Assembly: GCF_009914755.1 (NCBI RefSeq) | Contig: NC_060934.1 | DNA from: the human T2T-CHM13v2.0 reference genome, Homo sapiens | Length of the DNA: 64,000 bases | Strand: one strand, 5' to 3' | Part shown: positions 40,901-52,785 of the stretch, one piece after another | Position numbering within the stretch: position 1 is the first letter of the stretch | Layout of the letters: each line of letters opens with the position of its first letter | The notes under the pieces: generated by a model | Databases searched by the model: none | What the model was told of the DNA's origin: nothing | Seen by the model: the letters and a program-made list of their open reading frames with translations, nothing else | Program-made: the position numbers and the translations under genes

Positions 40901-42902
40901 GCTGGTATTTACAAGGCTTTCTCTCGTCATGACCTGACAAGAAAGCAGGTGATGTTACAAGGCTCTTCTCCAACATGTAGACTTTGTGATAACTTTTTAA
41001 AAAATAATGACTTAAATATGACGGTGCATTTGAACAGAAATGCTAAACATGGCTAATTATTCACAGAATCACTCAGAAAAAAAGAGGCAAGACTCAAAAG
41101 AGAGTTTAGGTGCATCTCATCCTGGAGCAAACCACTTCCAATTACTTGGGAACGAATCTGGAGATCCTAAGGCTTCCCGGAAAGGTCAAAGCCACTCCTA
41201 GCACTTGGTAGGAAAATGATGAGCGCCAGAAGCTGGGACTTTTCCTTCCAGCAAGTCAGGATGTTCAAAACCTAACATTACTCTTTCCCTACCATCTATC
41301 CACTTGATTCTTGCATGCAATATCATCAACTGTGATTGTATTTTAAGGAAGGCCTGGCATCTCCTGACTTCTCTACAAAAATCCAGTCTCCCAATCAATA
41401 GTTTTAAACCTTGCTGCCAAAGAGGTGCTTCTGTCCTCCCTCTGTTCCCCATCCTCAGGCTTTTCTTAGCACTCACTGTATTTTCAAAATTTCTCACTGC
41501 TTTGCTCTCCCACTCCAAGAGTCCAAAAAAAATTGCCAACAGGTTCATCATCCTTTCAAATCCCTGTTTACTTCTGTGTCTCGAACTTTTCTGAGGAAGA
41601 AAAGCAGGGGCAGAATAGAGGTGCAAGAGCAGAGATCTCGGCCGGGAGAGATGCAGATGCTAAACAGTGCATTGCGCACGGTGGCTTCTGCCTCTGAGCC
41701 TCTGAGCGCCCACACAGCTCTGCCCTCTGGGATCCTAGGACACTTCTGTGTTCCTGCCTCTCCTCCGACATCCTCTTGCACCGGCGCACTTTCTCCTGTG
41801 TGTCCTCCCGCTCGCTTCATGTTCCAGGCCCCTAAAACCCACACTAGCCTCACCCCACAGGAAACACACCTCCTCAAGCCCTTAATTGTGCCCCAGGGGC
41901 CAAAGGCTTCCGCTCTCAGGTTTCTGGAAAGCAGCCCTCCACCCTCCCTCTGCAGTTCTCTCCTGACTTGGCTACTTGGTTTCCCTTCTGCATTTCAAGC
42001 TTGAAAACAGGACGGTTTTTAGATTCCACCTTATTTTTGTTCTCCTTCTTGTTCCCAACGGGCCACTGATAATACCTCAGCAAGGCCTTTTATGTGGTTA
42101 GCAAGCAAACAATGGCTAAAGTGAATGTGGGTTTGAGGAATCCAAGGAAAATGGAAACACAAGAACGTCAAACATGTCTTGTTCCTTGCGAGGATTCAGC
42201 TCACCCTTAGTGTATGTGGATAAACATGCTCTTCATGTTGGGCAGAGAAATCCAAACATGGAAACTGATTGCTACCATATCTGTGAAAAGCAGAGACACT
42301 GTTGTCCTGGCTTCCTCAGATAAATTTTCAAGACAGAAGAGATGTTCTAGAAAGCTCAGATTCAAACCATGAAAAGCAACATTTATCATCCTGTTCCTCC
42401 ATCCTTTTCCATCCTGCAAAGGCCAAACTGGATAATATGCATTATTCAATGACTTAAAGCCTCTCAAGTCTCCATTTGGCTTTACTATCCCACTTAAGGA
42501 ACACAGTCACTGTCAGAGGTCAAATCACATTAGTGCTGGAACCTAAAGCCAATGCCCTTGAGATAGAAAATGGGGCTCTAGACAAGGCCTTTCTGGCTCT
42601 GGCTAATTCATTATGATTTCTGGGTTCTAGACAGGACAGGGCTCACAAACTCCAGATCATACTTGCTGTGAAAAGAAAGCTGGCCTGCGAATGGTATCCA
42701 AGGAATGCATAAGTGAAACTTGGCCCATGCAGAAGAATGTCCAATACTCATAAATTCAGACAAACCAGTGGTATCTGAGAATGACCATGCCTCCTTAACA
42801 GTTGAAATGATTGCAAGGGTAGAGAAGGTGATGTAAGAGAACCATGGAAGAATTCTAGAGATGAGCCCAACCTTTTCTCAGATCCATGGACTGTAACGAT
42901 TA

Positions 42903-43484
<582 letters not shown>

Positions 43485-43930
43485 ACCATTGCTCATAGAA
43501 ATTCTGAAATTAAAACCCAGTGGCCCTTCTTCCTTGCCTGCTTTCTCACTATCAATGACCATGGAGAGGTTCATACCCTTCCAGGCATCAGTACAAAGGA
43601 GGAGTCCACAGGGCAGACAGTAGGTAACAGGCATTGTCCCTCAAAAGCAGGATGAAGGTCAGGTTTGCCTCTGGCACCTAGCACTCCACTGGCAACACCC
43701 CATCCCAGTTTCTACAGATCTGCTCCCAGGAGAGCTTAGGTGGTCACATACGTTTGTCTGTACCTCTCCTCTCCACTGCTTAAACCATTGTCCTGGCTGG
43801 ATCAAAGGGACAGAAAGCACTAGAAGTGACATGGAGTGGAAATTATTGGCATTACTCAGAGAAACATTTGAATTCCTCTTACACTAAACTCGTATCCTTA
43901 TATCTTATGCCAAAACAGACTGACAGACTA

Positions 43931-43958
43931 ACACACACACACACACACACACACACAC
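43931..43958. repeat. (CA)n microsatellite
   Basis: Directly visible. Confidence 0.95.
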
Positions 43959-43994
43959 TTTTCCTCTGAAGGAAAAGACAGAATAATGTAGAGA

Positions 43995-44500
43995 AATGCT
44001 TCTCAAGCTTCATGTACATATGAAGAACCCAGCCTAGGGATCTTGTTAAAATGTGTATTCTGATTCAGTAGTTCAAATGAGATCCTGTATTTCTAATGAA
44101 TTCCCTGGCAATGTCAATGATGCCGGTATAAGAACCACACTCTGAGTAGCAAAGGGTAGATGTTACAAAAGCTTAGAATCAAACAAATTTGAGTTTCAGT
44201 TCTGGTTCTACCATTTAAGACTTTTGTGATTTGGGGCTGTTTCCCTAACTTCACTATGCCTCAATTTAATCATCTATAAAATGGAAATAATAATACCTAA
44301 GAAGCACTTGATGATTACCTAAGTTAATGATGTAACACTTTTAACACATTGCTTGGCAAATAATAAGACTTAATCAATGTCAGTTCCTGGCTATCTCTAA
44401 GATTCATGAAGGCAAGGTGATGACTGGCTCACTGCCCAAACCGCAATAGCTAGAACACAGTAGGTGCTCAATGGATGTTTGGTGAATGGATGAATGCATG
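43995..44500. mobile_element. MER5A-like, MIR and L2 fragments in series
   Basis: tgcttctcaagctt..gatcttgttaaaatg..agaaccacactctgagtagca; MIR core; L2 tail gtaggtgctcaat..tgaatggatgaat. Confidence 0.65.
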
Positions 44501-45484
44501 TATAACACACCCAAATAAAATATCAGTATTTATACACTCCCTTGATTCTGTGGCTTTTCTGCAAAAAAACACAAAACATTTAGAACACCAAGACACTCTC
44601 ATCAGTTACAAACCATAATCTCATAGAATCAAATTCAACATTACCCATCACGTTTAACCACTGAGAGACATATAATTTGTGGTGGCTATATATACTTGAG
44701 AAAATGTCTAAACTGTAAATAAATAAAGACAACATTAGTCTGGAATCTGTATGTCATAAAGATAAATTACTGCCTTGCTTATTTATGGGCTGTCTGAATG
44801 CAGATGTTACAAAAAACTTAATTCCAAAATTAAGTTCATTTCCAAACCACACATAGAACTGCAAAGAGAGAAAAAACAAACCATGGGAAGCGAGACTACA
44901 TTTAAAAGGGCCATTGGGGCAGGAGTACATTCTCTCATAAATGCACACACTTGCTCAGGAAAAAATAGAAGCAAAAGAATTGTTAACAAATGGCAGAGCT
45001 TAATCTTTTAAATCAAAGGCAGACAAGTGAATTCATCCCAAATTTTTCAACAATCTAAGATTATCTTTGGGCGTCTTGTAAAGTAAGTGGCATAATCTGA
45101 ACAGATCCCATTTCCAGGGAGGCACTATGTAAGGTATGCAGCAAGAAGAGAATACGATTGCCACCTACAGACAGAAGTGGCACTCCCTTTGCAAGAGATG
45201 GCCAATCATATTTTAATGTGGAAAAAAAAAAATACTCAACCAAGTCACCTCCCTCGAACCTCTTCCAAACCACCACACCACATTACTTCATTTAGAATTA
45301 CTTTCAAGTCATACAATCATCTCTAGGCATTATGCCTCTTCATTATCATCATCCTATTTCTAATTTCCCAGAAACACTGTGCCATTCAACTATCTACTTA
45401 TATGCTCTTTGAGAGCCAAAGAGAATGCAAGCCAACGAATTCAAGCACACAAAGGCATCAGCATGGAAGTATAAATCTGCTTAC

Positions 45485-45568
45485 CTGATATGAATGGGAC
45501 CACCCGGAATATATCTGACAATCTGCTGTTAACTGGTTCATATGGGGAATCCTCCAGCAGATCATTTC
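45485..45568 (-). CDS. GFRA1: GFRA1 coding exon 3 (GNDLLEDSPYEPVNSRLSDIFRVVPFIS), 84 nt
   Basis: Acceptor TGTTGTTTTTAG|GAAATGATCTG and donor ATATCAG|GTAAGC; the translation continues GFRa1 in frame (D1-D2 linker). Confidence 0.97.
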
Positions 45569-45863
45569 CTAAAAACAACAGAAAGATTGGGCTCAGATCA
45601 GAAAAACATATATTTCAAGCAGGTTTTTGCTGCTGAATCTGAATTCTAATTATGTTATGATTGTGTAACAAAAAGACGCTGAAACTTTGAAAGATTTCAA
45701 ATGCATCTCTTTCACTATGGTTATTTCTTTTCATTCCCTCCGCCTTTGTTGTCCTTGTTCTCCCCAGAGTGCCATGAAAATATTGGAGAACAACCCAGCC
45801 CTATCTTGCCAGAAAACTCTCCCACTCTTTGCAAAGGAATAGAAATCAGAGAGGGAAGAGCCG

Positions 45864-45900
45864 GTGACGTCACGAGCCCTGCTTGCCTCCAGGAGCCAAT
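45864..45900. promoter_or_regulatory. Full CRE palindrome GTGACGTCAC plus CCAAT box
   Basis: TGACGTCA at 45865-45872; GAGCCAATG with CCAAT at 45896-45900. Confidence 0.5.
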
Positions 45901-46803
45901 GGAAGAAAGGTGACCCAGGAAAGACCCTTATTTCTGCTTGCTCCCAAAACCTGGCATACGGTTGGAAAGCAGGTACCATGGCTATTAAACAGCCCACCTC
46001 TGAAACAGGTTTTCATTAATAGACTCTGGAGGAAGTGACCGCTGACAGGTCAAATCTGTATAATACAAATCTCCAGTGTGAGTCTCAGTCAAGAATGAAC
46101 ACACAAGATGTTTGCGTTAGGCTTACAAACATGAGCCCCCTCTGGCTTATGAGGACCAAAACACTCCCATTGGACTGGATGGTTGTGACCAGTGGATCTT
46201 TCTCTCCCTGAGCTACTTCTGTGATAACCAAGGTTGAACCACACCAGCTGGTTCAAGACTCAGCTAATCTAAGATGACAAATGGATTTTCACACATCTGC
46301 CTTTGATCACGTTAGGTGGGGAGGGTGAAGATACACTGGATTCTCCTGGACCTTTTACAATACTTCATCTTACATCAGAGCAGGTTAAAGGGAACAAGAC
46401 AGGGGGAGTCCAGACCAGATGCAGGGCAAGCCTTCCTATTATTATTGAGAGGCCAGCGAAAGCCCCAGGCTGGCTCTCCTTGGAAAGAAGTTGTGGGTTC
46501 CTTGGGGCCCTTTAGTGGGATCCTCCTCCCATGCTCCGACCAGGTTTCAGAGAGGTCAGCGGGGTCCCGGGGGTGGCCCTCCCCCCAGCCCCCGTCCTCC
46601 TCATGGGTTTTCCAACAACAGGCCCAACAATGCTGGTCAGCCCAGCAAACACCAGCTGCCGTTGTCCCTGGGGGCCAAGGAAAGGTCCTCACTCTGCAGC
46701 TGGGGAGAAGTGAGTGGAGGATGAGATCAGCTGGCCCAGGGACGAAAGGCCCGCCTGCCTTCGGGGAGGGACACGGGGTGGGGTGGGGAGGTTCCACGCG
46801 TAC

Positions 46804-47097
46804 CCTGCAGGCTCTGGTACATGCTCCAGTAAATGCGCAGGCAGTTCTTCTCCTTCTTCATACCCCGCTTGCAGCGGCAGTTGTAGAGCGACTTCTGCTT
46901 CAGGGCCTCCATGGCGCTGCGGCACTCATCCTTGGCCTCCAGGCCGGATGCCAGGCTGAAGTTGGTCTCCTTGCCCGCCACGCACTGCCTTAGCGTGCGG
47001 TACTTGGTGCTGCAGCTCTGCTCCTTCAGGCACTGATCACTGGCTTTCACGCAATCCAGGCGGTCTCCGCCGCTCACTTCGGCCGACAGGAGCAAGT
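46804..47097 (-). CDS. GFRA1: GFRA1 coding exon 2 (DLLLSAEVSGGDRLDCVKASDQC...YWSMYQSLQ), GDNF/GAS1 cysteine-rich domain 1, 294 nt
   Basis: Internal part of ORF 46727..47233; acceptor ...CCCCGCAG| at 47098-47100 and donor CAGG|GTACGC at 46803; phase 1-1; recognisable GFRa1 D1 cysteine pattern. Confidence 0.98.
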
Positions 47098-47971
47098 CTG
47101 CGGGGCAGAGGGGAGGGAGCCTGAGTGCGGCGGGCGGGGACCCCGGCCGCCCCTGCTCCGGGCGAGGGCGCGCGCCCGGGTCAGGGATGCTTGACCAGCC
47201 TTCGGGGGCGCCCTGCTCTGGGAGCGGGTCCACCTCTCGACCATTCGGGAGTCCATTTTCCCGCCCCCTGGAATTCCAGCTCCTCTCTCCTCCTCCCGGG
47301 CCCGCAAGGAAGAGTGGCGCAGGCTCAGCCCGCGGGCTTCAAGGGTTTGCTCCAGAGCCTGCGCTGCCCACCGCGCACGTCGGCCCTCCGCCCCGGGGCA
47401 TCCTGGCCTGAGCAACGACCCGGGCTCCCGGGCCACCCCCGGCTCCAGCCACCCGCTCCGCCCGGCTGAAACTCAGGCGCTTTCCGAGGAGAAGTGCGGC
47501 GGCGGACTGGGCACCGGGCGCGCGCTGGGCGCGGGGCAGGCCAGCCATGGTCAGCGGTCCGCCGGGCGGAGAGTGCCCAGAAGCTACTCGGGAAAAACTT
47601 TTCTCTTCCAAGTTTGCTCTCCCGGCCCCAATGCTCCCCAACTCCACCTGCCCGCCGCGGCTCCGCGAGCTCCCAGAGACTCTCTGGGGGTGCAGGGCCC
47701 TGGGCTGGAGGGCTTCTTAGTCCCCCGCCAAGTTGGGTCATTAAAAACCACAGGAAATCAAAACCAAGCCCGAAAAGCTTCAGGCAGCGCCGCGCCGCCA
47801 CCGCCTCCCTAACCCGGGGATTCGCGATCCCATTCCCCAAAAAGAAACTTCTTCCTTCCACATCCACCACACCCGCGCCCCAATTTTGGTGCGGAGGGCG
47901 GGGTGGGCTGCTGCAAGCGACCCTAGGAAAGACTCAGAGGGTAAGAAAGCCCGCGGCGGGCCTCGACTTAC

Positions 47972-48011
47972 CCAAGAGCGGCAGCGCGAAGTACAGGGTC
48001 GCCAGGAACAT
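47972..48011 (-). CDS. GFRA1: GFRA1 first coding segment (MFLATLYFALPLL+G, start of signal peptide), 40 nt
   Basis: Reverse complement reads GGCACC-ATG TTC CTG GCG ACC CTG TAC TTC GCG CTG CCG CTC TTG G|GTAAGT. Matches the known GFRa1 N-terminus; canonical phase-1 donor. Confidence 0.97.
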
Positions 48012-48257
48012 GGTGCCGGCGCGGGGCTGGTCCCCGCCCCCCCAAAAAAATCCCGAGCCGCCGCTGGGTCTTGCCGAGGGAGCTCAGCGTGCAGCGATCC
48101 CCGGACAGCTGTGCTGCTCTGGCCGCCCAAAGTTCAGCTCCATCCAGTGAAAGAGGAAACTCCGGGTCTGGCAGCAGCCACCGCCGCCGGCGACTCAGCT
48201 CCGGGATGGCGAGGGCGGGAGGCGGTTCCGCTTTTAGGGGTTCAGGTCCGACCCAAC
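48012..48257 (-). other. GFRA1: GFRA1 5'UTR part of the ATG-containing exon
   Basis: Acceptor CCCTCCCTTCCAG|GTTGGG at 48258-48260; contiguous with the start codon at 48011. Confidence 0.85.
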
Positions 48258-48542
48258 CTGGAAGGGAGGGCGCGCTTTGAGATGAGAGCGGAGAGCGCCG
48301 GAGACTCCCCCCACAGAACCCTCTCCCCTCCCCCGTTCCCGCCTTTGGGGAATTTCCAACACCGGGGTGAGGACCCACCCCCACCCAGGTCGGGGTGCAT
48401 GTGCGTGTTTTCCAGGGGCCGCTGACACGGGGATGGAGGTGAGGGCTGGAGAGGTCTGAAGAGGGTTCCTAAAGTCCAAGGGGGTGTCTGTTGGGTTCAA
48501 CCCGAGACGCTGAACGCAAGCAAATAAATAAATAAACGGTAC

Positions 48543-48700
48543 TTTCCGAGCGTCGCGAGCGGAGCCTGCAGCTGCCTGGAGTCCGAGCCCTCGGTGGCGG
48601 CGGCGGCAGCTCCCTAGCCAGCCCTGGCGCCGAAAGAGCCCCTTCTCCCGGGAAGTTGGCCTCCCCCTCCTCGCGTCAGCCAGCGAGCTCGCTCAGCCGC
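48543..48700 (-). other. GFRA1: Possible alternative non-coding first exon of GFRA1
   Basis: GC-rich block ending in CTCGGAAA|GTACCG, followed by a TTTA-rich intron-like tract; weak donor, 5' end unknown. Confidence 0.4.
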
Positions 48701-49144
48701 CGGCCCTCCCCACTCCGATCGCCAATCCCTAGCCCCAGTCGCCGCCCTCCTTCTCCCCGGGACTCGTCTCCCTCCAGAGGCCGCCAAGCCAGGGGGAACC
48801 GATGTCCCGACTGGGGCTGAAACCCGGTTCCTGCGCCCCTACCCCCTACCCGCCGCGCGTCCTCGGCTCCCTCCTGGGCGTCCGCTCCTCTCACACTCTC
48901 GCCCGGTGCCCAGGTCTCGGGCGCTTCCGCACCCCAGCCCAGGGCGAGCGCGCCGGCCCGCAGTCCCGGCGTGCCCCGGCAGGTGCAGCCCGGCGCCACG
49001 AGCGCCCCCCGGGCCCTAAAGTTGGGAGACGCCAGCAAAAAGAAAGGGGTGGCCGGAGGAGGGGGGAAGAAGGAGTGGGGAAGAGGGACGGGAAGCGGCA
49101 ATGGGTTCCCAAACAGAACGAAAAAAACTCCAAATGCCACCAAC

Positions 49145-49440
49145 CTGGACTCAACCGACCGCGTCCAGCTGCGGCGAGGAGCCAGTTTGTTTATTTACTT
49201 ATTTATTCTTTCAGGGCAATGGTGTCCCCGCCCCCTCCTTCCCTTTCCGGGCTCACTTTATCTGCGCTAGGAAAAGAAAAAAAAGAAAAAAAAAATAGAT
49301 GCGGTAATCTTCGAGAGCTCGAAGGGCCGAGTTGGGCCAGGACGATTTCCGAGCAGAGCCCTCGGCTCGGATGCTCGTTAGGGATGTTAGTGGTTATTGG
49401 AAGCGGCGCGGAGAATGGCGTGTTCCGAGGCCAGATTTCT
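49145..49440 (-). other. GFRA1: GFRA1 non-coding first exon (5' end approximate)
   Basis: Donor GAGTCCAG|GTTGGT at 49144. Matches my recollection of the cloned human GFRa1 cDNA 5'UTR (AATCTGGCCTCGGAACACGCC...GTCCAG joined to GTTGGGTCGG). The TSS cannot be determined from sequence. Confidence 0.7.
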
Positions 49441-49620
49441 TCTGGCCAGAGGACCCTCGGCCTGCTCCTGTTCCCGCCGCTCCGCAGCTCCAGCTCCCTC
49501 CTAAGCTCGCCCGCCAGGCAGCCGCAGCTGCACACGCCCGCTTGCGGTGGGACCCGCGGCCGGACCCGTACGCGCGCACAGGACACGCAGTGTTCTGCAG
49601 CCGGCCGCGGGTGCTGCCAG

Positions 49621-49627
49621 ACACACA

Positions 49628-49683
<56 letters not shown>

Positions 49684-49704
49684 GACACACACACACACAT
49701 ACAC
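49621..49704. repeat. Compound (CT)n(CA)n microsatellite upstream of GFRA1 exon 1
   Basis: Directly visible. Confidence 0.95.
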
Positions 49705-51367
49705 GGGCACAAGGGCTCTTTCTTCTTAGGGCAATCGAGCCAGACCCTTCTTCGGAACACAAAGTTTTCCCCCACGTCACTAGTGGCTGTGATTCAAGAC
49801 TTGGTGCTTTCAAGACACACTCAGACCCAGGACGCTGGAGCGGCGATCCTGGGATGCGCCCACCCGTTCGTCCACGCCAGCGCGTGCACACTCACACTCA
49901 CACGCACACATGCACACGCAGTCTCTACCTCTCTCCTGGAGCTCCGACAAGGAGACAAAAGCGGAGCCCCCAGCCCACTGCATTTAAACCCGGCCAGACC
50001 TGGCTTTAGAAAATTTATAAGCTGACCTCCATTTTGGCTGTTTCGAGAGTAAATTAACAACAACAAAAAAAGCCTAACATGTACACAGCCCTTCGCCCCA
50101 ACCCCTGGGACCGCTGGTTCCCAGTCGTGCTGCTCACCCCCCGCCCCCCACCCCTGACACACGCTCCCCTTCCCGCACGCCGGGGGGCGCCCGGGGCACC
50201 GAAGTCTACACTGGGTCGGGAGACCGGTCTAGGAGCCAGCCGGCAGTGCTCGGGATCTTTGCTGATGTCCAAGTTCATCTCTCGGGGAGACCGAGTTTGA
50301 ATCAAATCTGCGTGCGCCCAGCTGTCAAATCTGCAAACCTATCACGCCAGACAATGGGCCGCCGCGGAGGACAGACAAGAATGGCTCATTTTGATCGAGG
50401 GGGGTAAATTGAAAAGGGCACGGGCTTTGGTTGAAGTTTGAGGCCCGGGTGTCAGGGCGGGGAGAAGAAGAGGAGGAAGGAGGAGGGTTGGGCCGCTCTC
50501 CATTCAACCACACATCAGCCAGGCGCGCCCCTCGGCTGCAGCGGCTGCTTGCAGGCGGGCTGCATATTGTGTGGAGTCGCCAAAGAGGGTCTGCGCCTCG
50601 GGGCGCGCCCCAAACCCGGGGGACATCCTACGGATCCGCACTTCTCTTGTGCTGTACGCGTGTTCCTCCAGGGTAAGTATGAGGAGACGGACGCCCTCAT
50701 CAGACACCCCTCCTCCAACACACACACACCCATAGCCACATCATTCAGGGATACTCTAGTTCAGTGTATCAGTTTACACTTGGTTGTTGAGTAAACAAAG
50801 CAAACATATGTCACATTTTCGCGACAGATGGTTCAAACCAAGGGCTACTTAAGTTCTCTCTCTCTAACAGTCTAAGTTACAGGCTGAACTAAGCAGAAAT
50901 GTAATTAAGTCATCTGATCAGTTTCTTCGACTTAAAATGTTTTCCCATATTTTCACAAACAAGCCAGATAAATCCTGGGGATGTGGTTTCAAGGAAAGGA
51001 GGGCTGAATATGAACTAAGACTTTGTGTGAAGACTCCGTTTCTCCCCGGTCACCCCAAACAGAAAATCCTCTTTCATTGTTCCATTTCGTAAGTGGAGGA
51101 GAATGTCTTCTTTTGGAAAATCAGTAATTGGAATTTCAATTTTCAATAGAGGGACTAGTGCTTACCGGTGCTGATTACTTGGGATAGTTGGATTACAATG
51201 AGGTTTAAGACATCATCCACATCTTTTGTAAATGTTCTTTGTTTAGAAATGACTTCATGTTACCCTATATATTCCACGGAATTCTTTTGAATCAAATTTT
51301 AACAGGGTGGGGGAAGGGTGAACTAAAAGCTCTCCCAGTGTAGAATATGGGACTTCTTTTTAAAATA

Positions 51368-51735
51368 CAGATGATCTCCAACTTATGATGCTTCTACTTA
51401 TATTTTTAGACTTTACCATGGTGCAAAAGCCATATACATTCAGTAGAAACTGTATTTTGACTATGGACCATACAATCATTCTATTTTTCACTGTCAGGTT
51501 AGTATTGAATAAGTTTCATGAGATAGTCAACACTTTACTATAAAATAGCTTTGTGTTAGATAATTTTCCCCAACTGCCGGCTAATGTAAGTGTTTTGAGC
51601 ATGTTTAAGGTAGGCTAGGCTAGGCTGTGATGCTTGGTAGTTTAAGTGTATTAAATGCATTTTCAACCTATGATGTTCTCAACTTTTGATGAGTTTATCA
51701 GAGCATAAGCCTCATTGGAAGTCAAGGATCATCTG
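51368..51735 (-). mobile_element. MER47A-like TcMar-Tigger element
   Basis: TA-flanked TIRs cagatgatc... / ...gatcatctg; internal ggtaggctaggctaggct motif. Confidence 0.8.
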
Positions 51736-51860
51736 TATTTTTAGCTTCAATAATGTATTTCTGAACCATTCACTCACACTTGTCCTTATTAAGTTTGTGC
51801 TGCTGATGAATACAGAGCTTTGTTTTTAAAAAGGTAACAATAAACCCCCAGAGGCTGTAA

Positions 51861-52064
51861 CTGTGTTGTCCAATACAATAGTCACTAGCCATGTGGCTAT
51901 GTCAATGAAATTAATTAAAATTAAATAAAAGAAAAATGCAGTTCCTCAGTAGCATTAACCATATTTCAAGTGCTCAATAGCTACATGTGGCTGGTGGCTA
52001 CCATATTGGACAACACAGATATAGATCATTTCCATCATTGCAGCAAGCTCTACTGGACAGCACT
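51861..52064. mobile_element. MER3-like hAT-Charlie element
   Basis: ctgtgttgtccaata ... tttcaagtgctcaatagctacatgtggct ... tggacagcac. Confidence 0.8.
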
Positions 52065-52194
52065 ACCCTATAATGTTGGTGTGGAATTAGTTAATGTGGT
52101 ATATACACATATATAAAGTTTTTAGAATAGTAGAATAGTGCATAGAGTGCTTACTTCATAAGCAGCAGCAGTACTGGGGGTTGTAGTTGGAAGG

Positions 52195-52230
52195 ATAATG
52201 ATAATGATGATGATGATGATGATGATGATG
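52195..52230. repeat. (GAT)n trinucleotide repeat
   Basis: Directly visible. Confidence 0.9.
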
Positions 52231-52473
52231 CCTTGTTAGTCTCTTGTAGAAGTCAAAGAATCGATGAAGACACAGCCCACTTCTGGAATGTCAGGATGAG
52301 ATCAGCAGGCAAAGAAGCCAGGGAGTAGGAGAATCTATATGTCAAAAGCTGATCTTCCAAGGAAAGCTGTGAACAGAAAGATGTGGCCCATACTGTAGCC
52401 TAAGACTTCCCGTAGTAGGAGCTGATAAAAATAATAATTAAAAAAATCACTGCTTTACAACTGCATCCATTAA

Positions 52474-52785
<312 letters not shown>

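Larger units (their letters stand above)
46500..50720. promoter_or_regulatory. CpG island / GFRA1 promoter complex
   Basis: Very high GC and CpG density, many GC boxes (GGGCGG/CCGCCC), no interspersed repeats; spans the first exons. Confidence 0.95.

Noticed and set aside
46316-46993. 225-aa + strand ORF
   Set aside because: Antisense shadow of GFRA1 coding exon 2 and the GC-rich intron.
47098-47233. N-terminal part of ORF 46727..47233 (MDPLPEQG...)
   Set aside because: Lies upstream of the exon 2 acceptor; the true N-terminus is spliced in from 47972-48011.
48802-50025. 407-aa + strand ORF and the other overlapping ORFs in the CpG island
   Set aside because: Stop-poor GC-rich DNA; the translations run through microsatellites (SLSLSL/HTHT) and show no domain-like content.
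50668-50680. U1 snRNA pseudogene (ATACTTACC... on the minus strand)
   Set aside because: Only ~9 nt match; better explained as a + strand splice donor.
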